From Oscillospiraceae bacterium (GTDB lineage Bacteria; Bacillota; Clostridia; Oscillospirales; Ruminococcaceae): DNA of 39,513 bases. Where the stretch lies: positions 1 to 39,513 of the forward strand of contig JBGUUS010000084.1 of the NCBI GenBank assembly GCA_045133675.1. The letters run 5' to 3'. A model generated the notes under the pieces. It did no database searches and had not been told where the DNA came from. It saw nothing but the letters and a program-made list of their open reading frames with translations. The position numbers were made by a program, and so were the translations under genes. Shown here piece after piece: positions 1 through 9,599 of this stretch. The stretch's first letter is position 1; each line of letters begins with the position of its first letter.

Positions 1-661
1 GAAATCGTTTTGTTTCTGTCTGGTGTATTCGGGTGTGTATCTTGCATTGCAGCAGACCGAACTGAGCTTTTTGCAGTACGATGCACAGGGTCATGATACT
101 GTGTTCCCTGTAATCATCAGCGGCTTAATCAGCGGTCTCGTATACGGCGCGTGTATGCGCTTAAATGCTTCGACCGGCGGAACTGATATTGTTTCGAAGT
201 ATATCAGTAAGAAAAAGCCGAACTTGAATTTCTTCTGGATCACCTTCACGCTCAACGCAATCGTTGCCGCAGTTTCGTTCGTCGTTTATGCGGAAACGGC
301 AGCTGACGGGACGATGATCTTTAACTACAAACCGGTTTGTCTGTGCATCCTGTATTGCTTTATTTCGAGCTATATGGGAAATGCGATCATTCGCGGTACA
401 AAGAAAGCTTATAAATTTACGATCATAACTACACATGCCGAGGAGATTAACCGCGAAGTTATCACAAATCTGCATCATAGCACCACACAGATTCAGGCTA
501 TTGGTTCGTATACACAGGATACACGCGAAGTATTGATCTGTGTTGTGAATGCATATCAGGTGACCGATTTTCAGAATATTCTGAAAAAATACGACAATAC
601 TTTCGCCTTTTCCGAAATGGTAAATGAGACGTACGGAAATTTCGTGCGCGCAAAGTCGTAA
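1..661 (+). CDS. YitT family membrane protein with C-terminal DUF2179-like domain (5' truncated by window edge)
   Basis: Hydrophobic helices, the ASTGGTDI motif and a C-terminal 'IGSYT...LICVV...DNTFAF' pattern typical of YitT; the frame appears open to the window start. Confidence 0.8.
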   Translation, partial: KSFCFCLVYSGVYLALQQTELSFLQYDAQGHDTVFPVIISGLISGLVYGACMRLNASTGGTDIVSKYISKKKPNLNFFWITFTLNAIVAAVSFVVYAETAADGTMIFNYKPVCLCILYCFISSYMGNAIIRGTKKAYKFTIITTHAEEINREVITNLHHSTTQIQAIGSYTQDTREVLICVVNAYQVTDFQNILKKYDNTFAFSEMVNETYGNFVRAKS

Positions 662-843
662 GCTGTGGTGCCGGGAACGCGGGTGTGCAAATTCTGCATA
701 TTGCCTTTACAAAAGCGAGAAAAACGGGTATAATAATCAGTGTATAACATAGATTGATTCGTACGCCCGTCACAGAGAAGAAGACGCGGCTTTATAAAGA
801 GAGAAAAAGCAAAAATACTTTATCGGGAAAGAAGGCGTGTATT

Positions 844-1959
844 ATGCAGGATACCCTGAACTATGCGGCACGGCAGCAGGCGCTGGACGCATACGATTTT
901 GGCGGTCCCGTGCTCGACCTTGCGCGTTTCGGCGGCGGTCACATCAACGAGACGTACTGTGTACGCGCAGAGCAGGCGGACGGCTCGATCCAGCGCTTCG
1001 TTTTGCAGCGTGTAAACAACAATGTATTCAAACGACCGGAAGATGTTGCGGAAAATATCGCAAACGTCACACATTATCTGCGTAAGATCATCCGTGCGGA
1101 AAACGGTAATCCGGAACGCGAAACGCTCCGTTTTTTGAAAACAAAACAGGGAAAAGACATTTTCCGTGACGGCGCCGGCGGTTACTGGCGTGTATATGTT
1201 TTCGTGGATGGTTCGTATACGCTGCAGCAGGTTGAAAAACCGGAGGACTTTTACAGTGCGGCAAAGGCGTTCGGCGGCTTTTTGTACCGTCTGCGCGATT
1301 TTGACGCTTCCATCCTGCACGAGACGATTCCGCAGTTCCACGATACACCGAAGCGCTTCCGCGATTTCTGCCGCGCTCTGGGCGACGATCCGTTCGGCCG
1401 TTCAAAAACCGTTTCCGATGAGATCGATTTCGTTCTCTCGCGCCGCAAGGACTGCTCGGTGATGATGGATCTTCTGGATGAAGGCAAACTGCCGCTGCGC
1501 GTTACGCACAACGACACGAAGCTCAACAACATCCTCTTTGACGAGAACACCGGCGATGCGCTCTGCGTTATCGACCTGGATACGATCATGCCGGGACTTT
1601 CGCTCTCCGATTTCGGTGATGCGATCCGTTTCGGTGCAACGACCGCCGCGGAGGATGAACCGGATCTTGATCTTGTTCATTTCGACCTGAACCTCTATGA
1701 GGTCTATGTAAAAGGTTATCTCGAGGGCACGAAAGGTGCGCTGACCGATACGGAGATCGAATATCTGCCGTGGGGCGCAAAGCTTTTGACGTTTGAATGC
1801 GGTATGCGATTCCTTGCCGACTATCTGCAGGGCGATACATATTTCCGCACGCGTTATCCGGACCATAACCTCGTTCGCGCACGCACCCAGTTCAAGCTCG
1901 TTTCCGATATGGAGGCACACTGGGACGAAATGCACGAAATCGTCAAAAAATATCGATAA
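844..1959 (+). CDS. Aminoglycoside-phosphotransferase-fold kinase (N-acetylhexosamine 1-kinase-like)
   Basis: GGGHINET glycine loop, FVLQRVN, THNDTKLNN catalytic loop, VIDLDT metal motif; ATG at 844 after GAAGG. Confidence 0.8.
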   Translation: MQDTLNYAARQQALDAYDFGGPVLDLARFGGGHINETYCVRAEQADGSIQRFVLQRVNNNVFKRPEDVAENIANVTHYLRKIIRAENGNPERETLRFLKTKQGKDIFRDGAGGYWRVYVFVDGSYTLQQVEKPEDFYSAAKAFGGFLYRLRDFDASILHETIPQFHDTPKRFRDFCRALGDDPFGRSKTVSDEIDFVLSRRKDCSVMMDLLDEGKLPLRVTHNDTKLNNILFDENTGDALCVIDLDTIMPGLSLSDFGDAIRFGATTAAEDEPDLDLVHFDLNLYEVYVKGYLEGTKGALTDTEIEYLPWGAKLLTFECGMRFLADYLQGDTYFRTRYPDHNLVRARTQFKLVSDMEAHWDEMHEIVKKYR

Positions 1960-1965
1960 GGACGG

Positions 1966-2003
1966 AGCACGGGATGTAAAAATCCCGTGCTTTCCTGTTT
2001 TTT
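1966..2003 (+). terminator. Probable intrinsic terminator
   Basis: AGCACGGGAT/ATCCCGTGCT 10-bp stem followed by a T-rich tract. Confidence 0.7.
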
Positions 2004-2114
2004 ACGAGAATTTTCACGATTTGTTCACCCATTCGGGAGAAAATGTGCTATACTATAATTATAAATTGGTTCATTTTATTTACTCAATTCAAAAACACAG
2101 AGGAGAGATCGGAC

Positions 2115-2822
2115 ATGGCTTTTGAAAAAATCATGGTAGTGGATGACGACCAGAACATCTGCGAGCTGCTTCGTTTATATCTCGAAAAAGAGGGTTACAA
2201 CGTGATCCTTTGTCACGACGGCCAGGAGGCTGTTGCAAAATTCGGTGCGCTGAACCCGGATATGATGCTTTTGGACATCATGCTTCCGTCGCTTGACGGC
2301 TGGCAGGTCTGCCGCGAGATCCGCAAAAAATCGAATGTGCCGATCATCATGATCACGGCAAAAGGCGAGACCTTCGATAAAGTTCTCGGTCTTGAGCTGG
2401 GCGCGGACGACTATGTCGTAAAACCGTTTGATACCAAAGAGGTTGTTGCCCGCATCAAAGCCGTTCTGCGCCGTATCGGCCAGAACGTACAGACCGAGGA
2501 GGTCAAAGAGGTGTCCTACGACAAGCTCACGGTCAATATGACGCGCTATGAGCTCAAAGTCAACGGAAAGGTCGTTGACACGCCGCCCAAAGAGCTGGAG
2601 CTCTTGTTCCACCTTGCGGCAAACCCGAACCGCGTGTATACGCGCGATCAGCTTCTTGATGAAGTATGGGGCTTTGAATACTACGGTGACTCGCGCACCA
2701 TCGACGTGCATATCAAACGTCTGCGCGAAAAACTCGAAGGCGTTTCGGAACAGTGGTCGCTCAAAACCGTATGGGGTGTCGGCTATAAATTCGAAGCGAA
2801 GGACGCACAGGGCGCGGAATAA
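2115..2822 (+). CDS. OmpR/PhoB-family response regulator
   Basis: VVDDD, LLDIMLP phosphoacceptor, GADDYVVKPF, winged helix RTIDVHIKRLREKL..TVWGVGYKF; RBS GAGGAG. Confidence 0.95.
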   Translation: MAFEKIMVVDDDQNICELLRLYLEKEGYNVILCHDGQEAVAKFGALNPDMMLLDIMLPSLDGWQVCREIRKKSNVPIIMITAKGETFDKVLGLELGADDYVVKPFDTKEVVARIKAVLRRIGQNVQTEEVKEVSYDKLTVNMTRYELKVNGKVVDTPPKELELLFHLAANPNRVYTRDQLLDEVWGFEYYGDSRTIDVHIKRLREKLEGVSEQWSLKTVWGVGYKFEAKDAQGAE

Positions 2823-2846
2823 CCGCCGAAACGAAGAGGACTGCGA

Positions 2847-4292
2847 ATGCAAAAGAGTATCTTTTCGAAATATTTTTCCATCTGTGCGGCGCTCGTCCTT
2901 GCCAGTGTTCTGATCCTCGGTGTGGTATTCCTCGTTTCTGCGATGCAGTTTTTTAAAGAAGATCAGCTTGAACGCATGGAAACCGCCGCAGAGCACACCG
3001 GCGAAATGGTTGCCGAATACTGGCACAGCAGCGATCCGGCGGATGCGGTCGTTTTAAAAGAGTATTTCGATACTGTCGCGGATTCGATGGGATCGGATAT
3101 TTTTGTAACCGACCGAAACGGCAACACGCTCTACTGCACCGAACACGCGCCGTGCACGCATACCGACAGCGAGATCCCGCGCGATATTCTGCTGAAGATC
3201 CGCGACAACGGCAGCTATGCCGAAATGGGCAAGCTGGGCGCTTTATACAGCGAGCGGTATTACACCGTCGGTATTCCGGTTCAGACGAACGGCGGCACGC
3301 TGTACATCTTCGTATCGGCGCATGCAACGGGAAGGCAGCAGAATTTCATGGGCGAAATGACGGAGATCTTTCTGATTTCCGCCGTGCTCGTTCTGATCTT
3401 AACCTGTATTGCGGTGTATTTCATTACGATGCAGATGGTCAACCCGCTCAGAAAAATGGCGGAGGCGGCAACGAAATTCGGCCGCGGCGAGTTCGATACC
3501 CGCCTGGAGGTCACGGATTACGACGAGGTCGGTCAGCTGGCGATGGCGCTGAATAATATGGCGCAGTCGCTTTCGACAACGGAGAGTGCGCGCAGAAGCT
3601 TTACGGCGAATATCTCGCACGAGCTGAAAACGCCGATGACGACGATCTCCGGCTTTGTCGACGGTATTCTGGACGGCACAATCCCGCCGGCAGAACACAA
3701 GCACTATCTCTCGATTGTATCGGATGAGACAAAGCGCCTTTCGCGCCTTGTCCGCACGATGCTGAATCTCTCGCGCATTGAAGCCGGAGAGATGGAGATC
3801 AAACGCTCGAAATTCAATATGCTGGACACAATCGTGCAGTCACTGCTGCCGTTTGAGCGGCAGATCGAGGATAAACGCCTCGATATCCGCGGTCTCGATC
3901 ACGAGAAGGTTGTTGTTGATGCCGATCCGGATCTCATCCATCAGGTGGTGTACAACCTGATCGAAAATGCGGTCAAGTTCGTAAACACGGACGGCTATCT
4001 GGAGTTCGGCTTTTCGAGCGATGTGCGCAACACGTACATCAGCATCAAAAACAGCGGCGAAGGACTCACAAAGGAAGAGATTCCGAAAATTTTCGACCGC
4101 TTTTATAAGACGGACCGTTCGCGCGGTCTTGATAAAAACGGCGTTGGTCTCGGCTTGTACATCGTTCGTTCGGTGGTTAAGCTGCACGGCGGCGAAATCG
4201 TGGTGAGAAGCAACGAAGGCGAATTTGTCGAGTTTGTTTTCTCGATCCCGCACAACCGCACGATGCCGAAATTCAGAAAGAACAATTCCTGA
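2847..4292 (+). CDS. HAMP-domain sensor histidine kinase
   Basis: Two TM segments, HAMP (DEVGQLAMALNNM), H-box SHELKTPMT, N-box NLIENAVKF, G-box GVGLGLYIV. Confidence 0.95.
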   Translation: MQKSIFSKYFSICAALVLASVLILGVVFLVSAMQFFKEDQLERMETAAEHTGEMVAEYWHSSDPADAVVLKEYFDTVADSMGSDIFVTDRNGNTLYCTEHAPCTHTDSEIPRDILLKIRDNGSYAEMGKLGALYSERYYTVGIPVQTNGGTLYIFVSAHATGRQQNFMGEMTEIFLISAVLVLILTCIAVYFITMQMVNPLRKMAEAATKFGRGEFDTRLEVTDYDEVGQLAMALNNMAQSLSTTESARRSFTANISHELKTPMTTISGFVDGILDGTIPPAEHKHYLSIVSDETKRLSRLVRTMLNLSRIEAGEMEIKRSKFNMLDTIVQSLLPFERQIEDKRLDIRGLDHEKVVVDADPDLIHQVVYNLIENAVKFVNTDGYLEFGFSSDVRNTYISIKNSGEGLTKEEIPKIFDRFYKTDRSRGLDKNGVGLGLYIVRSVVKLHGGEIVVRSNEGEFVEFVFSIPHNRTMPKFRKNNS

Positions 4293-4320
4293 TTGTCACA
4301 GAAGGGAGCAGTAAACGGGT

Positions 4321-5646
4321 ATGCATGAGGAATTTCATTCTCCCGAAATAAACCAGAATCGGAATCCGCAGCCGCAGCAGCCGCAACAGCCGCAGGGCTG
4401 GGGCAATCAGCAGCAGTGGAATTTTTACGATTACGGCCCGATCGGTCAGCCGGCACCGCAGGAGCCGAAAAAACCGAAAAAGGAGAAAAAACCGGGCGGC
4501 GGAATCCGTGCGCTTGCGATCATTATGACGATTCTTTTCGTCATAACGGCGGCCGCCTTTGCCGGATATATCCTGATGGCGCCGGGTGTTTTGCCGCAGG
4601 ATCAGCCGGACGTGAGCAGACCGGCGGTTGACGGCGATCTTTTTACCGAAGAAAAAACACCGGACGGCAATCTGAGCGAAGGTGTTGAAGGTGAGATCCT
4701 GACGAACCGACAGATCTATAAAAAGGTAAAACCGGCGGTTGTCGGCATCGTCTGCTATAACCGTTCTTCGATCGGTACACAGGCGGGCGGACAGGGTTCG
4801 GGCGTTATTATGCGCGAAGACGGCTATATCGTGACGAACAACCACGTCGTTCGCAGCGACGAGACGGGCGAACCGTATGACCGCATTGAAGTCATTCTCG
4901 CAAACGGCGACAGCTATTTTGCACAGTTCGTCGGCGGCGACCGGCAGTCCGATCTCGCTGTTTTGAAAATTGCGGCGGAAGGTCTGACACCGGCGGTGTT
5001 CGGACAGTCGGTTAAAATGCAGGTCGGCGACGAGGTTATGGCGATCGGCAATCCGAGCGGTATGGCGCTTGCGAGCAGCTTTACGCACGGCTACGTTTCG
5101 GCGATGAACCGCGAGGTCTATGTCTCGACGATCGGTTCCCATGTGGAATTCATGCAGACGGACGCGGCGATCAACCCGGGCAACTCCGGCGGTGCGCTCG
5201 TCAATGCATACGGACAGGTGATCGGCATCACGTCCGCAAAAATCGTGGAAGAGGGCTTTGAGGGTATCGGCTTTGCGATCCCGATCGATAACGCCAAACC
5301 GATCATCGAATCGCTGATCGCAAACGGATATGTTTCCGGCCGTGTACAGATCGGTATTACGTATACACCGGTATCCGAGGCGATTGCGGAATTAAACGGC
5401 ATTCCGCGCGGTCTGCGTGTCATTGATTTTGACGAAAACGCCGACGTTGCCAAAAAAGGAATCAAACGCGGCGATATCATCACGAAGCTCGACCGCGTTG
5501 AAGTATATGACAGCGAGACAGTTGCACAGGCGCTTGTCGGCAAAAAACCGGGCGATACGATCACGCTGACGATTTACCGCGTTGACAGCGAAGGCCATGC
5601 GGAAATCCTGATGATCCAGGCGCTGCTTTCGGAAAAAGTTGAATAA
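4321..5646 (+). CDS. htrA: HtrA/DegP-family membrane-anchored serine protease with PDZ domain
   Basis: TNNHVV, DLAVLK and QTDAAINPGNSGG catalytic triad motifs; C-terminal PDZ; Q/P-rich N-terminus followed by a TM anchor. Confidence 0.92.
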   Translation: MHEEFHSPEINQNRNPQPQQPQQPQGWGNQQQWNFYDYGPIGQPAPQEPKKPKKEKKPGGGIRALAIIMTILFVITAAAFAGYILMAPGVLPQDQPDVSRPAVDGDLFTEEKTPDGNLSEGVEGEILTNRQIYKKVKPAVVGIVCYNRSSIGTQAGGQGSGVIMREDGYIVTNNHVVRSDETGEPYDRIEVILANGDSYFAQFVGGDRQSDLAVLKIAAEGLTPAVFGQSVKMQVGDEVMAIGNPSGMALASSFTHGYVSAMNREVYVSTIGSHVEFMQTDAAINPGNSGGALVNAYGQVIGITSAKIVEEGFEGIGFAIPIDNAKPIIESLIANGYVSGRVQIGITYTPVSEAIAELNGIPRGLRVIDFDENADVAKKGIKRGDIITKLDRVEVYDSETVAQALVGKKPGDTITLTIYRVDSEGHAEILMIQALLSEKVE

Positions 5647-5993
5647 TTGAAAAAGCAGAGACACGTCAAAAGCGCGTCTCTGCTTTTTTATGCGAGCGGA
5701 GCGTCCTGCGGGCCGCTTTTCTGTGGGCGTGCGCCACGGCCTTCGCCGTTTCCGCGAAACGTCCTGCAAACTATCGTATGCCGGAGGCGGCGCGGCGGTG
5801 CAGACGGACGGAAACGCCCGAAAGCTGAAAAACGGCGGTGAATGTTTGAAAAAACGGTGTATAATCCGTAAAAATCTGAGAAATCACCGCTTTTTCCTTG
5901 ACGGAGGAAGTGGAGTTTAGTAAAATAAAGATGGTGTATTCTCTCTACACCGCAATCATGAAAGAATCAACCCTTGATAAAGGAGTATTTATT

Positions 5994-6635
5994 TTGAATA
6001 TCGTTTCCCCATCTATTCTTTCGGCGGACTTTGCGCGTCTTGCCGATGAACTCAAACGTATTCCGTCCGCACAGTGGGTGCATTTTGACGTTATGGATGG
6101 CCATTTCGTACCGAACATCACCGTCGGTATGCCGGTTCTGCTTTCGGTAAGAAAGGCAACGCACCACTTTCTCGACGTGCATCTGATGATCTCCGATCCG
6201 CTCCGCTATGCACCACAGTTTGCGAAAAACGGTGCGGGCATGATCTGCTTCCATCTGGAATCGGACAGCGACCCGATGGAGACGATTCGCGCAATCCGCG
6301 AACACGGCGCACAGGTCGGCATTGCAATCAAACCGGGCACGCCGGTTGAAAAGGTGTTCCCGTATCTGCCGGAAGTCGATATGGTTCTCGCCATGACGGT
6401 TGAACCGGGCTTTGGCGGACAGGCGTTCATCCCGTCGGTACTGCCGAAAATCCGTGCACTGCGCGAAAAAGCGGAAGAAATCGCACCGAACCTGCTGATT
6501 CAGGTTGACGGCGGCGTTAACCTTGAAACGGCAAAACTCTGCGTTGAAGCCGGTGCAAACGTGCTGGTTGCAGGCGCATACGTATTCAACAGTCCGGACC
6601 CGAACTCGACGGTCCGTATGCTGCAGCGCGCGTAA
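5994..6635 (+). CDS. rpe: Ribulose-phosphate 3-epimerase
   Basis: SPSILSADF, HFDVMDGHFVPN, MTVEPGFGGQ, QVDGG; probable TTG start after AAAGGAG. Confidence 0.95.
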   Translation: MNIVSPSILSADFARLADELKRIPSAQWVHFDVMDGHFVPNITVGMPVLLSVRKATHHFLDVHLMISDPLRYAPQFAKNGAGMICFHLESDSDPMETIRAIREHGAQVGIAIKPGTPVEKVFPYLPEVDMVLAMTVEPGFGGQAFIPSVLPKIRALREKAEEIAPNLLIQVDGGVNLETAKLCVEAGANVLVAGAYVFNSPDPNSTVRMLQRA

Positions 6636-7155
6636 ATCCGGCGAGTATGCCGACGGCATCTTTGCCGATCAAAAGCTCGGCGTGTTCCGAGAGAATCTGC
6701 TGGGCGTTCTCGCTTTCCTGCAGCAAAAAGCCGCTGTGGGTATTCAAAGCGGAGTCGGGACACTCCCGGTCTGTCAGCAGGACGTATCCGCCGCTGACCC
6801 GGTAGACGGCGCTTTCGCCGGTATGAACCGGCAAAAGCTCGGTGCACAGCGCGATCAGATGTTCAAAGGAATCCGCAAAGAGCGCTTTGACGGTCGTTTG
6901 AGGTGTTTGGCGCGATACACAGAGCAGACATCCGCCGTCTATATACGGATATGCTTCGATATGAATGCTCTGTGCGGCGGCATCAAACTGCAAAAGCAGG
7001 CCGGCCGCCCGGGACAGAGCAAGCAGAAATGCACGCGCTTTCGGATCGCGTTCGTTCAAAGCGGCGAACGTAAAGCCGTTTCGCTCCAGCTCTTCGGCTG
7101 TGAGAACGATGCGAAGATTGGCGGAATCGATGATTTCCGCTTTCAGATCAACCAC
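6586..7155 (-). CDS. MecA-like adaptor protein (divergent)
   Basis: N-terminus 'LKAEIIDSANLRIVLTAEEL...IEAYPYIDGGCLLCVS' resembles the clostridial MecA N-domain; purine-rich GAAAGGGA next to the start; start codon uncertain; 3' end overlaps rpe. Confidence 0.55.
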   Translation of the reverse strand: MVDLKAEIIDSANLRIVLTAEELERNGFTFAALNERDPKARAFLLALSRAAGLLLQFDAAAQSIHIEAYPYIDGGCLLCVSRQTPQTTVKALFADSFEHLIALCTELLPVHTGESAVYRVSGGYVLLTDRECPDSALNTHSGFLLQESENAQQILSEHAELLIGKDAVGILAGFTRAAAYGPSSSGPDC

Positions 7156-7240
7156 TCCCTTTCAAAGATAACGGGATGCCCGTTTATTGTATGCAAACCG
7201 CGGCGGATTGATGATGCGCGGTGTTTTATGGAGGAAGAAT

Positions 7241-8245
7241 ATGGTTCAGACACAAGAAATTCAAACCGGTCTGACCCGGCAGAGACACGACGTGGATATC
7301 CTCGTCGTACTGATCGCGGTCAGCGTTATGCCGCTGTTTTTATACGGCATGCCGGCGTTCTGGCTGCTGCTGACGACGGTTCTCACTGCGGTTGCGGCGG
7401 AATATATCTGCCAGCGTGTCGCGGGAAAAAGACGCATTGAAAAAGGTGACCTCTCTTATCTGATTACGGCGTTTGTCACCGCGCTGCTGCTTCCGGCTTC
7501 TGCTCCGGTATGGGTCGGTGCGGCGGCGGTTACCTTCGCTCTTTGTGTGGCAAAGCACCCGTTCGGCGGACGCGGCGCCAACATTTTCAACCCGGCGGCT
7601 GCCGGTGTGGCTTTTGTCACGCTCTGCTGGCCGGAATTTTTCAAAAAATATCCGATCCCGTTTTCGCTGATTGACGGCGTGTATTCCTATATGGATTCGC
7701 CGGCGAGCACACTTCGTGTCGGCGGTACACCGAAAATCGGCAGACTGGATATGATCCTTGGCAATTTCGCCGGTCCGATGGGTGCAACCTGCGTGATCGT
7801 GCTGCTGTGCTGCCTTCTGTTTTTGGCTTATCGCCGCTCGGCCTGCATCCGTGCGATCATTCCGGCTTTCGGCGTTGTCGCAGTGGTCGCTGTTTTGTTC
7901 CCGCGCCTTGCAACCGGCAGAATCAACTCGCTTATTTTCGAGCTCTGCTCGGGCGCTTTGATGTTCGGCCTTACCTTCATGGTCAGCGATCCGGGTACAC
8001 TGCCGAAGCTGAAATCCGGCCGTGTGGTATACGGCCTGCTGATCGGTGTTCTCGTTGTCATCTTCCGCCGTTTCGGTGCATTTGACATGGAAATGGCGTT
8101 CGTTATCCTGCTCGCAAACGCGCTGGCATCCGCCTGCGACGGTTATGCACTGTTTGTAATCAAACGGTTCAACCGCGTGAAAGCGCGCCTGTTCGAGAAA
8201 AAAGCCGCAAAAGCGGAGGAAAAGGCGGGTGACGGCAATGCTTAA
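7241..8245 (+). CDS. rnfD: RnfD/NqrB-family membrane protein (divergent)
   Basis: AKHPFGGRGANIFNPAAAG, GNFAGPMGAT and FMVSDPGTLP match RnfD; RBS GGAGG. Confidence 0.85.
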   Translation: MVQTQEIQTGLTRQRHDVDILVVLIAVSVMPLFLYGMPAFWLLLTTVLTAVAAEYICQRVAGKRRIEKGDLSYLITAFVTALLLPASAPVWVGAAAVTFALCVAKHPFGGRGANIFNPAAAGVAFVTLCWPEFFKKYPIPFSLIDGVYSYMDSPASTLRVGGTPKIGRLDMILGNFAGPMGATCVIVLLCCLLFLAYRRSACIRAIIPAFGVVAVVAVLFPRLATGRINSLIFELCSGALMFGLTFMVSDPGTLPKLKSGRVVYGLLIGVLVVIFRRFGAFDMEMAFVILLANALASACDGYALFVIKRFNRVKARLFEKKAAKAEEKAGDGNA

Positions 8246-8879
8246 AGCGTATTATCAGAAAAACCGCGAAAAGCTGCAGCGCTATAACGGTCTTTTGATG
8301 ACCAACCCGATCACTGAGCGCGGCTTTATTCTTGCACCGGTTATCGTGGCGAGCTACAGCACGAAAAACGCACTTGCACTCGGCATTGCGTTTTCTATCA
8401 TCACGTTTATCACCGTTATGCTCTCTGCGTTTATCCCGAAGAGCGTTCCGTATACGCTGCGTACGATCTTCTATTCGCTGATTGCGTGCGCGGTGTTCGT
8501 ACCGACGGCAATGCTTGTGGAATGGATGTTCCCGGGCACGACGTATTCGCTCGGCGTATTCCTGCCGCTTCTTGTTGCCAACTCGCTGATCGTGATCAAG
8601 AGTAACTCGCGTTTCCATCAGCACAGCTACGGCTATATGGCGGTTGACGTATTCATGCACGCGGTTGGCTTCTTTGCCGTTATTGTACTGGTCGGTCTTG
8701 TGCGTGAGTTTTTTGGAAGCGGAACGCTGTTCGGCGCTCCGATCCATTCGTTCACCGTTCCGGCGCTGCTTCTGCCGTTTGCCGGTTTCATCGTGGTCGG
8801 CTTCTTTGCGGCAATTTCGCAGAGAATCCGCAATCATCTGGAAAGCCCGATTGAGGAGAAAAAGGAGGAACGCAAATGA
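8238..8879 (+). CDS. rnfE: RnfE/NqrD-family (Rnf-Nqr) membrane protein (divergent)
   Basis: NP..ALALG, LGVFLPLLVAN, VREFFGSGTLFG and LLPFAGF follow the RnfE pattern; overlaps the rnfD stop. Confidence 0.8.
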   Translation: MLKAYYQKNREKLQRYNGLLMTNPITERGFILAPVIVASYSTKNALALGIAFSIITFITVMLSAFIPKSVPYTLRTIFYSLIACAVFVPTAMLVEWMFPGTTYSLGVFLPLLVANSLIVIKSNSRFHQHSYGYMAVDVFMHAVGFFAVIVLVGLVREFFGSGTLFGAPIHSFTVPALLLPFAGFIVVGFFAAISQRIRNHLESPIEEKKEERK

Positions 8880-9499
8880 ACGAATTCTTAGAAGCGCTCG
8901 GTCTGTTCTTCCGCGATATGTTCTATTACGCGCTGATCGCAATTCTCGTTGAAAATACGGTCTTTACGCGCGGTCTCGGCACCTCCACGGCGCTGTTTGC
9001 AACGCGCAAAAAGCACGACGTTTTCCTGCTTGGCGGTATTATGACCGTGCTCGTTGCGGCTTCGGCGCTGATTCTGTACTTTATCTTCCCGCATCTGCGC
9101 TCCTTGCAGTATTCCTACTACATCATTCCGCCGGTATACGTTCTGATCGTCGGTGCGGTCTATGCAATCGCGCTTTTGATCACATACCGCCTTGCGGACG
9201 AAGAAAAACGCCTGCGCATCCTGCGCGTGATCCACGTTTGTGCATTCAACTGTGCAACGATCGGCGCGCTGATGCTTGCAACAAACAACGCAAACGGCAG
9301 CTTCGGCGCTTTCATGGGTTTTGCGATCGGTTCGGCACTCGGTTTTACCGTTGCAACGTACTTTATCGGCCTCGCATACGAGCGCCTTTCGAGTGAGGAA
9401 GTTCCGGCGTCCTTCCGCGGCTTCCCGATCACGCTGATTTATATCGGCCTGGTCTCGCTTGCGCTGTACGGCCTGATCGGTCACGAACTGCCGATGTAA
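8876..9499 (+). CDS. rnfA: RnfA/NqrE-family (Rnf-Nqr) membrane protein (divergent)
   Basis: ENTVF..GLG, NCATIG, GSALGF and VPASFRGFPITLI follow the RnfA pattern; ATGA overlap with rnfE. Confidence 0.8.
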   Translation: MNEFLEALGLFFRDMFYYALIAILVENTVFTRGLGTSTALFATRKKHDVFLLGGIMTVLVAASALILYFIFPHLRSLQYSYYIIPPVYVLIVGAVYAIALLITYRLADEEKRLRILRVIHVCAFNCATIGALMLATNNANGSFGAFMGFAIGSALGFTVATYFIGLAYERLSSEEVPASFRGFPITLIYIGLVSLALYGLIGHELPM

Positions 9500-9599
9500 C
9501 GGCATAGAAGCAGGACTGTCTGCATACAATGTACGGGTGAGCCCGTACAGGTCAAAATAAAAGGGACAAGATCACAACATACGAAAAGAGGAAGGCACT

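Noticed and set aside
4366-4417. CAG/CCG short repeats in htrA as a contingency locus
   Set aside because: Imperfect in-frame Q/P low-complexity tail, common in HtrA N-termini
6505-7440. 311-aa + strand ORF between rpe and rnfD as a missing rnfC
   Set aside because: No ferredoxin CxxCxxCxxxCP or FMN/NADH motifs; overlaps both neighbours; the minus-strand ORF is more protein-like
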